In this document: piece after piece, positions 1-7,103 of the stretch
Position numbering within the stretch: the first letter of the stretch is position 1
Layout of the letters: every line of letters begins with the position of its first letter
Origin: Verrucomicrobiales bacterium
GTDB taxonomy: Bacteria; Verrucomicrobiota; Verrucomicrobiia; Verrucomicrobiales; V1-33
Direction of reading: 5' to 3'
Assembly: GCA_031411295.1 (NCBI GenBank)
Contig: JANOAV010000190.1
Coordinates: 1 to 43,192, forward strand
Length of the DNA stretch: 43,192 nucleotides
Notes under the pieces: model-generated
Seen by the model: the letters and a program-made list of their open reading frames with translations, nothing else
Told to the model about the DNA's origin: nothing
Databases searched by the model: none
Program-made: the position numbers and the translations under genes

Positions 1-2
1 CC

Positions 3-215
3 GTCCTCATTCCCGCCGGTGGAAACTGGCGTTTCCTTGACAACGGAACCAATCCCACCGCTTGGAACACCAATGCGTTCGACGATGCCATCTGGCCCGT
101 GGGTCCAGCGCAACTCGGCTTTGGTGACGGTGATGAGAACAGACCCCCTCTCTCCCCGATCCCCGATCCCCGATCCAACGCCCCCCTGAAAAAGCAAATT
201 ACTATCAGAAACTGA
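3..215 (+). pseudogene. 3' part of a gene entering from the left edge (extracellular beta-sandwich-type module); apparently cut at ~140, where it reads into repeat copy 1
   Basis: Frame from nt 3 reads VLIPAGGNWRFLDNGTNPTAWNTNAFDDAIWPVGPAQLGFGDGDE, a module I recognise from PVC-phylum secreted proteins. It then switches to repeat-encoded NRPPLSPIPDPRS... and stops at TGA 213-215. Confidence 0.6.
140..209 (+). repeat. Dispersed direct repeat, copy 1: CAGACCCCCTCTCT(CCCCGAT)3CCAACGCCCCCCTGAAAAAGCAAATTACTATCAGA
   Basis: Near-identical to 2684-2754 and 5282-5365. Confidence 0.95.
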
Positions 216-304
216 TAATTAACACCATTGCGGAGGGGGGGCGCGGGATGCCCGCTGAGTATGGGTTGACTGCGGCAGGAAGAAAAATGGCAGCCACAGC
301 CTAA
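206..304 (+). pseudogene. C-terminal fragment of a cassette gene (winged-helix-like tail)
   Basis: QKLIINTIAEGGRGMPAEYGLTAAGRKMAATA* begins at the end of the repeat. Its TAA lies inside the GCCTAAC core of the attC site, as is typical for cassette genes. Confidence 0.5.
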
Positions 305-387
305 CAGATCACTCCATGGAACGCCTCTTTGGACCCTGTCTGTTTTTGGTGTTATCATTTCGGCGTTCATGAGTTCAAACATTAGCC
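299..387 (+). mobile_element. Integron attC site 1
   Basis: R'' GCCTAAC (299-305); inner arms CTCCATGGAACGCC / GGCGTTCATGAG pair with two unpaired bases; R' ATTAGCC (381-387; canonical G replaced by A). Confidence 0.8.
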
Positions 388-394
388 CCAAGAA

Positions 395-886
395 ATGATA
401 CCTGAACCCTTTGGCGGTCTATTCATTCTGGTAGGAATTGCAGGCTGCTTTCTGCTCGGGCTCGCCATCGCCATTGCAGGTAGGCGTTTTAAGATTTTCA
501 GAATCACTGGGGTTGGAATTATCGTTGCGCCTTGGGCACTGCTGATGCTCGCTTCGGTGCTCATCCCTGGAATCGACGAGTGGAATCCAAGCATCGAGTC
601 AGACTCTGAAGCCGTGGGAGCTTGGGAGGGCGACGGATACAAGGTTGAACTGAAGCGTGACGCGACCTTCGTTATGCAGCACGGGAGTAAGTCGAGCAGG
701 GGTATTTGGCGGCGCATGGATTGGAACGTCTATTTGGCCTCCGAGCACGAGCCGGAGCGCTACATGAGATTCGTGGAGGATTCTGACGAATTACTTTTGC
801 TTCCCGATCCGCCACGCGACGATTCATTCCAACCCGGCCCAATAATGAGGAAGAGAGAACAAGCCGGCTCAACCAGCGGCGAGTAA
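395..886 (+). CDS. Integron cassette gene, hypothetical membrane protein (two N-terminal TM helices)
   Basis: 163-aa ORF starting 7 nt after attC1 and ending inside attC2; hydrophobic N-terminus. Confidence 0.8.
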   Translation: MIPEPFGGLFILVGIAGCFLLGLAIAIAGRRFKIFRITGVGIIVAPWALLMLASVLIPGIDEWNPSIESDSEAVGAWEGDGYKVELKRDATFVMQHGSKSSRGIWRRMDWNVYLASEHEPERYMRFVEDSDELLLLPDPPRDDSFQPGPIMRKREQAGSTSGE

Positions 887-942
887 AGTCATTCTTTGAA
901 TTCAGGCTTCCCGATCCGCCGTGGATGGTCTAGATGTTCGGC
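854..942 (+). mobile_element. Integron attC site 2
   Basis: R'' AGAGAAC (854-860); arms CCAGCGGCG / CGCCGTGG with one extra base; R' GTTCGGC (936-942). Confidence 0.75.
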
Positions 943-955
943 AGAAAAATACTTC

Positions 956-1474
956 ATGAGTATCCCAGATCCATCATTGCTGGTTGGCCAGCCTCTATCA
1001 ATCGTCCGACACGCAGCTAATATGCTTAACCTCCATTTTGGCGAGGTTACGCGAACGCACGATCAATCCTTCGGGCTTTATGCTGTCCACATCCAAGCCT
1101 CTTGGAGACTTGTCCGTGATTCTAAAATTCTTGTGGGTAGTTCTGACCGATGGAACCCTGTTGAGGAGGTATCTGACTGGGATGCTTGGTATGAATCGCC
1201 TCATCCGAGCCGAGAAGACGCCTTTTGGGAGAGGTTCATTGGTGGTATCGACCTAACTACCAATTCATTCGAAGGAGAGACACCCTCAGTGACGGTTATT
1301 GCTGTCCATGAGAATCCCATCGGTGACCTCGTGATTGGTTTCAGCGATGGCTCCAACCTTGAGGTATATGGTTGTGGGACAGATGATGAATTCTGGAGAT
1401 TCTTCAAACTGCGTGATGACACTCCACATTACGTCGTCGGAACTGAAGCAAAAGCCGAACAAGCCGAGTTATGA
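956..1474 (+). CDS. Integron cassette gene, hypothetical protein
   Basis: ATG at 956 (MSIPDP...), just after attC2; the track's longer start lies inside the attC. The ORF ends inside attC3. Confidence 0.8.
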   Translation: MSIPDPSLLVGQPLSIVRHAANMLNLHFGEVTRTHDQSFGLYAVHIQASWRLVRDSKILVGSSDRWNPVEEVSDWDAWYESPHPSREDAFWERFIGGIDLTTNSFEGETPSVTVIAVHENPIGDLVIGFSDGSNLEVYGCGTDDEFWRFFKLRDDTPHYVVGTEAKAEQAEL

Positions 1475-1581
1475 CAACCTCTGCCAGCCATTCAGTTTCG
1501 ATGATTTACCCTGACCAAAACCTCAACCCCGTGATCGACGCTCGCTCCCTCTAGTAGGGGTGCATGCGCTTTACGTTCACC
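1454..1581 (+). mobile_element. Integron attC site 3 (long, 128 bp)
   Basis: R'' GCCGAAC (1454-1460) is the exact complement of the upstream R' GTTCGGC; arms ATGACAACCTCTGCCAG / CTAGTAGGGGTGCAT; R' GTTCACC (1575-1581). Confidence 0.8.
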
Positions 1582-1604
1582 TAACTCCTAAGCCACCACT
1601 TTCT

Positions 1605-2021
1605 GTGCCAACCCAGTTCTTGAATGCAGACCTCGACGTCTTTAGTGATCGGGATCTACAGCCCCTAATCGACGAGATCGGTGAGAGAGCTTTCCTCCTG
1701 CACGGCGGCTTTTTCACTGACGAACTACCATTCATGGCTCGCTACGAGATAGACCATGATCCTGATACGAAGAGTCCAGAGACCCTGATTGTGGCGTTCT
1801 GCCTTCTCATTGAGAGCCTTTCTTCGACTTGTCGGGCGCTCTGGGACTCGTCTCACGAGAGAGTGATCGACCTCGGCTATGAAGCGTTGAATTCTCGGGA
1901 CCGCACACACGACCGGATTACAGCCGATACACTCGCGAGGATGTCGGCGCTACACATTGACTTAGCGTGGAGCTTCTACCCATCCGATGAGACTCTGAAG
2001 CGAGCTTCGCTAGGGGACTGA
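1605..2021 (+). CDS. Integron cassette gene, hypothetical protein (no intact downstream attC)
   Basis: GTG at 1605 after attC3 (VPTQFLNADLDV...); open to TGA at 2019-2021. Confidence 0.7.
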   Translation: MPTQFLNADLDVFSDRDLQPLIDEIGERAFLLHGGFFTDELPFMARYEIDHDPDTKSPETLIVAFCLLIESLSSTCRALWDSSHERVIDLGYEALNSRDRTHDRITADTLARMSALHIDLAWSFYPSDETLKRASLGD

Positions 2022-2179
2022 CACTGAATCCTGTCTGCGCAGCAGGACAGACAGCCAAAGGCTTTCCGCAGGGAAGCGAAGCGCATCGATGATGGCAGGG
2101 GAATTACTTTTATTCTTCTGCCACCATGCTTCTGCCAATCCGGTTTGGGTAAATCACAAAGCCTGAGGACGCGGGGTAT

Positions 2180-2436
2180 GGCCTCTAAAGACATTGAAGG
2201 TCGTTTCCGCCATGGAAGTTGGCATCTAAAGGCTTCGAAGGTCATTTCCGCCATGGTAGTTGGCATCTATCAAGATTTATGGTCGTTTCCACCGTGGAAG
2301 CTGGAATTTATAGAGATTTATGGTCATTTCCACGGTGGAAGCTGGCATCTATAGACATTGATGGTCGTTTCTGATGTGGAAGTTAGCCTCTATAGATATT
2401 AATGGTCATTTCCACCATGGAAATGAGCATCTAAAG
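2180..2436. repeat. Tandem repeat, 6.3 copies of a 41-bp unit (consensus GGCATCTATAGACATTGATGGTCRTTTCCRCCRTGGAAGTT)
   Basis: Units start at 2180, 2221, 2262, 2303, 2344, 2385 and 2426 (partial); substitutions only, no indels and no unique spacers. Confidence 0.95.
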
Positions 2437-2622
2437 TCTGTGTTGGGTATTTGTTTGATGCGATACACGCTCTAATCATATGCCTAATCTTGGTCATTCT
2501 GAAAAGCGGGATCTGGCCTCTTTTACCTTGTTTTCAACCAAGCTTGAAGATGAATCTCGACAGAATCCGGTGATTTTGGTAAATTAAGCGGGTAATTCAA
2601 ATAAATCCGCATCATTCCTTTT

Positions 2623-2683
2623 ATGGCACGCTTCGGTTTCGCATTCTTTGATTCCGGTGTTCGCTATGATTCGGCTGATGCAA
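2623..2683 (+). pseudogene. Possible gene start (MARFGFAFFDSGVRYDSADA) cut by repeat copy 2
   Basis: ATG after an AT-rich stretch. The FDSGVRYDS motif resembles N-termini of small verrucomicrobial proteins (from memory, unverified). It runs directly into the repeat. Confidence 0.35.
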
Positions 2684-2754
2684 CAGACCCCCTCTCTCCC
2701 CGATCCCCGATCCCCGATCCAACGCCCCCCCTGAAAAAGCAAATTCCTATCAGA
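2684..2754 (+). repeat. Dispersed direct repeat, copy 2 (3 heptamers)
   Basis: Differs from copy 1 by one extra C and one substitution. Confidence 0.95.
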
Positions 2755-2821
2755 AATCGTGGCTCGAGTTAGATCGCGAGTGTTTACGAAGGAAGCAAGC
2801 CTCGGAGCAGTCCAATCTGGG

Positions 2822-3451
2822 AGCGCCATCCTGCTTGTAATCCCATGGCCCGGCAAGATCCCAGCAGTTCCATACCAAAAATTTACCCCGCTCGCGAATC
2901 CGTGATTTCATCAACCGAAACCATTGTTCCGCGCGTGCTTTATAAATGGATTTCTTGGTGGCATCGAACATTGCCAGCATCCAACAGGCGATGTGGTTCT
3001 GCTTGTTGGCCGGATTCGAGAACCCCTCCACCTTCCTCCGCGCATAGCCCTCGGACCAACCCTTCGTTGCGGGATCAATCCCAAAAGAGGGCACGATCCA
3101 AAGCCCGCCTCCCTTCACGGAGCGCCAACATTCCCGCGTATCCCATTTGGTGAAGCTCCGTTCCGCCAACTCCAAATAGCGTTTGGCTGGTTCCCCAAAC
3201 TGCTTGGCTAGCGTCGGAGACTGTTGAATTTCCGCCGCCATCAACACAACTGGACGCAACGCCATCGCCTCGGCCAGCAGACTGTCTGCCGCATAAAGTT
3301 TCGTTTCCCCGCCGCCACCATCACCTTTCGGCCAACCCATCAAGTCATCGGGTTCCTCGACTCCGCGCTTAATCCAAGCCTCCGTCCAGTCCACCAGCAT
3401 CGCCACCCACTTTACATCCTTGGTGGCCAGATGCCCATAGTAGAAGCCATT
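2822..3451 (-). pseudogene. Internal fragment of a Trp-rich helical (alpha/alpha-toroid-like) enzyme gene, lacking both ends
   Basis: Reads NGFYYGHLATKDVKWVAMLVDW...WDLAGPWDYKQDGAP. There is an in-frame stop directly upstream and no proper start. Protein-like character is lost after ~2822. Confidence 0.55.
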
Positions 3452-3493
3452 TTAGTATGGACTAATCAACCATCCAATTTCTTCTTGGGATTA

Positions 3494-4246
3494 CTAACCA
3501 ACTAAACGCTCCAACTCCTCTAGAAATCCATCCCAAGACGATATATACAAGTTAGGATTTCGGTCATGTCTCAAAAGAGAATATCCACCAGCATCGCGAA
3601 GGCTCCTCCCGGCAATAAGGCGGAGTGCGGGATTTATGATCCTGAACTCGTAGCGAGATTCAATATTTGCCACGCTAACTTCGTCGGTAGCGAGCCTGTC
3701 ACCGTAGACTTCTAGCTGCTTAATGGCTCGTATCAAGAGCTTAGACCTTTTTGCGTTGGGTGTTCCCTCGCGCGCTAAAAGCACGTGAGTGCCGCGTTTC
3801 AACTCGATAATTTGTGCAGGGCCACTGGCGTTCGGAGCGAGAACGAGATCTATCCGCATTCCACGAAAATCCTTGGTCGCCTTCATCGTGACTTCTTGAA
3901 CCACCCTGTAAGTAACCTGCCGCAAGAGCCCAGAATTGAATAATGCGCTCTGCAATTGACGCTCCCTAGCCCCAGTGTTTAACAAGTCACGGATTTTGGC
4001 AATTAGTCTCTTATTTCTTTCCCGCAACGAAACCTCGGGCTCAGCGCCCAAGGATTTCCTAATCTGAACCTCAACGCGGTCCGCTATGGGGATCGCCGTT
4101 TTCTTAATCAAGCCGAAGATGCCTTTGTGGACTAACCCGATAACGCTCTCGGCACACTTTGCTCGAGTGGCAGTTTCGATTCCTTGTTGAATCGATACGA
4201 CCTCATTTGGGTTACCTTTTGAGCAGAACGAGAGAGTCAATTCCAT
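3494..4246 (-). CDS. Shedu (SduA / DUF4263)-like PD-(D/E)xK nuclease, candidate anti-phage protein
   Basis: ERQLQ...IDLVL...IIELKR...AIKQLEVY (QxxxY)...LIAGR...ISSWDGFL matches the DUF4263 motif order; lower GC than the core genes. Confidence 0.65.
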   Translation of the reverse strand: MELTLSFCSKGNPNEVVSIQQGIETATRAKCAESVIGLVHKGIFGLIKKTAIPIADRVEVQIRKSLGAEPEVSLRERNKRLIAKIRDLLNTGARERQLQSALFNSGLLRQVTYRVVQEVTMKATKDFRGMRIDLVLAPNASGPAQIIELKRGTHVLLAREGTPNAKRSKLLIRAIKQLEVYGDRLATDEVSVANIESRYEFRIINPALRLIAGRSLRDAGGYSLLRHDRNPNLYISSWDGFLEELERLVG

Positions 4247-4324
4247 TCCTTAAGACTAACACAGCCCTTAGGTAACGTCAATCAGATATTCGAGTCCATG
4301 AAGCGATTGAAAACTGCCCACTAA

Positions 4325-5140
4325 TCAAGGTCGGCTAGGTTCTTTTGTGGATGCCTCAGTGAGCTCTTTGATGGTCGCCATCAAGGCTGCCTTTTTGGCT
4401 TTCAAATCCGTAGCCCCTGCCTCTACTTCCGTGATAATCCTCGAAGCCTGCTGGCATCTGCTGTATTCAATACTTCCTTCGCGGACACCTCTGGTTTTAT
4501 TGTTGGTGAGAACGTTAATGATATTAAGGGCATCCTGAAATCGTTTTCGTTCAGCATCAATTTTCACTTCAAGTGCCGCTAATTCCCCCTTTAACTCAGC
4601 AAGAGATTTCTCTCTTGGCACCATTGCGCCGGCAGTCTTCGACCCAGCGGGTGGCGATTTTTCAGTGGGTGGATTTTCTGTGTGTGGTGTCTGGTCATGC
4701 TCACCCGCGCTCGTTCCGTGCCACTTGTAGTCCCTCCCCATAAAGCCGACGCACTCAAAACTAGGCAGACGCTCCTCCTCGCCAGAAACAAGGGTGACTG
4801 TCTTAAATCCCTTAAATTTGATGATGGCACCGATCGGACTCTTTTTGGCCAGGCTCAAGTCCTTTACTGCATCCTTGTCGATGAAATTTAGTAATCCAAA
4901 CGGAGCCTCACTAAGTTCGTTCCATGCATAAATGTAATCGTCAGTCATCTGTAGAACCAAGCCTTGGAAACCATACACCTTGTCCAGTTCAAATTGGACT
5001 CCCTTATACTGCTCCACGTTAGCCTGCGGAAGCGCATTAATATCACCAAGAGTAAAATCTTTAGCCAACGAAGTCGTAGCACCTATGGCCAGAATGAGCA
5101 CTAAAATTAGGGGGCACATATTAAAAAGTTTGAACATCAT
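4325..5140 (-). CDS. Hypothetical secreted protein with C-terminal coiled coil
   Basis: 271-aa ORF with a signal peptide (...TTSLA-KD), a Pro-rich linker and a heptad-like C-terminus. Confidence 0.75.
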   Translation of the reverse strand: MMFKLFNMCPLILVLILAIGATTSLAKDFTLGDINALPQANVEQYKGVQFELDKVYGFQGLVLQMTDDYIYAWNELSEAPFGLLNFIDKDAVKDLSLAKKSPIGAIIKFKGFKTVTLVSGEEERLPSFECVGFMGRDYKWHGTSAGEHDQTPHTENPPTEKSPPAGSKTAGAMVPREKSLAELKGELAALEVKIDAERKRFQDALNIINVLTNNKTRGVREGSIEYSRCQQASRIITEVEAGATDLKAKKAALMATIKELTEASTKEPSRP

Positions 5141-5281
5141 AAGTTTTGTCTGTTAGAAATGCTGCGAACGATTTCGGGCATGCAATCCACTGAAATTTGC
5201 CCTCACTCATACGGCTTTTAGACTACTAGCATTCTAATATTTTTTGTCAAGGGTCCGAGCGATGTTCTCTGCATTGGAGGC

Positions 5282-5365
5282 CAGACCCCCTCTCTCCCCG
5301 ATCCCCGATCCCCGATCCCCGATCCCCGATCCAACGCCCCCCTGAAAAAGCAAATTCCTATCAGA
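5282..5365 (+). repeat. Dispersed direct repeat, copy 3 (5 heptamers)
   Basis: Same element with (CCCCGAT)5, 120 bp upstream of the transposase ATG. Confidence 0.95.
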
Positions 5366-5451
5366 CGGTTGAATGGGCGGACGCCTTGGCAGGCCCCTGG
5401 AGTAGTGCTGGTGTTAGTGATGCAAGTCCATAAAGACAGAGAAATTACATC

Positions 5452-5479
5452 TTGACTGACAAATTCCCGATGGTAGCAT
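5452..5479 (+). promoter_or_regulatory. Putative sigma70 promoter of the transposase (probably leaderless)
   Basis: TTGACT-N16-TAGCAT with TG extension; ATG 6 nt downstream; no Shine-Dalgarno. Confidence 0.5.
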
Positions 5480-5485
5480 CCAGCC

Positions 5486-6574
5486 ATGGCCCAAGCTCGT
5501 CTCACCGTTACTTCCGAACCCACCGTGTATCATGCGATCACCCGCACGATACAGGGCACGTTTTTGTTCGGGGAGGTCGAGAAGAACATGCTGCGCAAGA
5601 TGCTGTGGCAGATGGCGGATTTTTGCGGGGTGGAGGTGCTGACTTATGCAGTCATGAGTAATCACGTTCATCTGGTGGTGCGGGTGCCGGTGAAGGATTC
5701 CATGGAGGCTGCGGCCGGTGTGGATGGTGCGGCGGGGATTTCTGCGGGGGCGGGGGCGGATGCGTTGGTTTCCAATGCGGAGGTGCTGCGGCGGTATGGG
5801 GTGCTGTATGGCAAGTCTGCGATGCAGGAGGCGGAACGAAATTTGGCCGAGGCTTCGGATGAAATTTGGCAGGCATTTCGGATGAAATACGTCCCGCTGA
5901 TGCATGATCTTTCCTGGTTCATGCGGTTGTTGAAACAACGGTTTGCCCGGTGGTATAACGCGTTTCACGAAACGTTCGGGACTCTGTGGGCGGAACGTTT
6001 TACGAGTGTAATCGTGGAAGGTGAAGGCGAGGCGTTGTTGGCGACGTGCGCTTATGTGGATTTGAATCCCGTGCGCGCCAAGCTGGTGAGTGACCCGAAG
6101 GAGTATCGGTGGAGTGGCTATGGGGAAGCGGTGGGCGGCTTGGCGAAGGCCAGGACTGGCTTGGCTCGGGCAGCATGGGAAGAAGCATCGGCAGGGCAAA
6201 CCAAGGAGGAACTGGCGTGGAAATTCAGCCAACTGGGGGGCGCAAGCTGGAAGGCGGTGCAGGCGCGGTATCGGTTGATTTTATATGCGGTGGGCCAGGT
6301 GCCGAAAGTAAAGCACGGTAGGGCGCAAGGCGTCATTTCCGAGGCGGCGGGGGACGCCGTCATGGCGGCGGGCGGTGAACTTCCCTGGGCCGTAGCGTTG
6401 CGGGATCGGGTGCGGTATTTTTCGCGTGGTGGCGTGTTGGGGACGAAGGAATTTGTGGATCGGATTTTCGGCATGAAAAAGGCTCATTTCCCGAAAGGAA
6501 GAATGGACGGTGCACGAAAGCTACGTGGAGCAGGGTGGGGCGCGATTACGGCTCTGAGAGATCTGAGGGTCTGA
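5486..6574 (+). CDS. HUH Y1 tyrosine transposase, REP-associated (RAYT / TnpA-REP-like), long form
   Basis: VYHAITR, YAVMSNHVHL (HUH), GTLWAERF and YVDLNPVRAKLV..PKEYRWSGY (catalytic Tyr with the RAYT NPVRA signature); C-terminal RVRYFSRGGVLG...RDLR extension. Confidence 0.9.
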   Translation: MAQARLTVTSEPTVYHAITRTIQGTFLFGEVEKNMLRKMLWQMADFCGVEVLTYAVMSNHVHLVVRVPVKDSMEAAAGVDGAAGISAGAGADALVSNAEVLRRYGVLYGKSAMQEAERNLAEASDEIWQAFRMKYVPLMHDLSWFMRLLKQRFARWYNAFHETFGTLWAERFTSVIVEGEGEALLATCAYVDLNPVRAKLVSDPKEYRWSGYGEAVGGLAKARTGLARAAWEEASAGQTKEELAWKFSQLGGASWKAVQARYRLILYAVGQVPKVKHGRAQGVISEAAGDAVMAAGGELPWAVALRDRVRYFSRGGVLGTKEFVDRIFGMKKAHFPKGRMDGARKLRGAGWGAITALRDLRV

Positions 6575-6682
6575 GCGAACGAATTTGAATGCATGGCGCT
6601 AAGGCATCGTGCACGCGCATGCGCCCACAAGTCGAACTTAAAAAGTGTCCAAAGCGCTGAAAATCAGGAGGGGCGCGGAACG

Positions 6683-6815
6683 GCGGATTTTTGCACCGAG
6701 GTGGAAACGCGCTGCTGCGCGTGTCTGAAAGAGGGGACGCCCAATGACGCGCAGCAGCGCGTCACCACCGCATGATGTGTTGATAATCAACAACTTACAC
6801 CGTGCAAAAATCCAC
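6683..6815. repeat. REP doublet / REPIN-like nested inverted repeat downstream of the transposase
   Basis: GGTGGAAACGCGCTGCTGCGCGT (6700-6722) and its inverted partner (6747-6769), inside GGATTTTTGCAC / GTGCAAAAATCC (6685-6696 / 6802-6813). Confidence 0.8.
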
Positions 6816-6847
6816 CCTGGGGGCGTGCTGGATAGACGAGATGCAGT

Positions 6848-6876
6848 TTGACGGACGCTCTGATGATTAGTATCTT
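6848..6876 (+). promoter_or_regulatory. Putative sigma70 promoter, leaderless
   Basis: TTGACG-N17-TATCTT with the ATG 5 nt downstream. Confidence 0.55.
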
Positions 6877-6881
6877 CTGCC

Positions 6882-7103
6882 ATGCTTCCTGAAATCAACT
6901 TAGACGATCCCGCCGCCGCCCGTGTTATCGGGCGACGCAGGGTTGCGTCCGCCCTCAAAGTGAGGCCAGGTGAAATTGAGGATGCCAAAGCTTGGAGCAA
7001 GGCTTTTCCGACCCACTTCATTCCGAAAGGATTGTATCGTTTCAAATCTCATGAGGAAGCTGACGAATGGACATGGAAAATGATCACCCGCCCGAGGAAT
7101 TAG
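6882..7103 (+). CDS. Small protein, putative antitoxin/partner of the downstream nucleotidyltransferase
   Basis: 73 aa with a PKGLYRFKSHEEADEW motif; overlaps the next gene by 37 nt; promoter directly upstream. Confidence 0.7.
   Translation: MLPEINLDDPAAARVIGRRRVASALKVRPGEIEDAKAWSKAFPTHFIPKGLYRFKSHEEADEWTWKMITRPRN

Noticed and set aside
2090..2138. TGATGGCAGGGGAAT / ATTCTTCTGCCACCA hairpin as a missing attC4
   Set aside because: No core sites and too far from the stop codon; probably another intergenic palindrome.
2180..2436. CRISPR array
   Set aside because: Units are contiguous with no unique spacers, and there are no cas genes in the window.
5218..5250. Minus-strand TTGACA promoter for the 4325-5140 gene
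   Set aside because: Perfect -35, but no convincing -10 at 16-18 nt spacing.
140..5365. CAGA repeat as an attC site or IS terminal inverted repeats
   Set aside because: No RYYYAAC/GTTRRRY cores or long stem; all copies are direct; no target duplications other than the shared CAGA.
5414..6232. 272-aa antisense ORF, and the many other shadow ORFs opposite or overlapping real genes
   Set aside because: They overlap well-supported genes, have no recognisable motifs, and are expected in GC-rich DNA.
6566..6574. GAGGGTCTGA at the transposase stop resembling an inverted repeat end (TCAGACCCTC)
   Set aside because: Only ~9 nt and explained by the codons for R-V-stop; too short to support.
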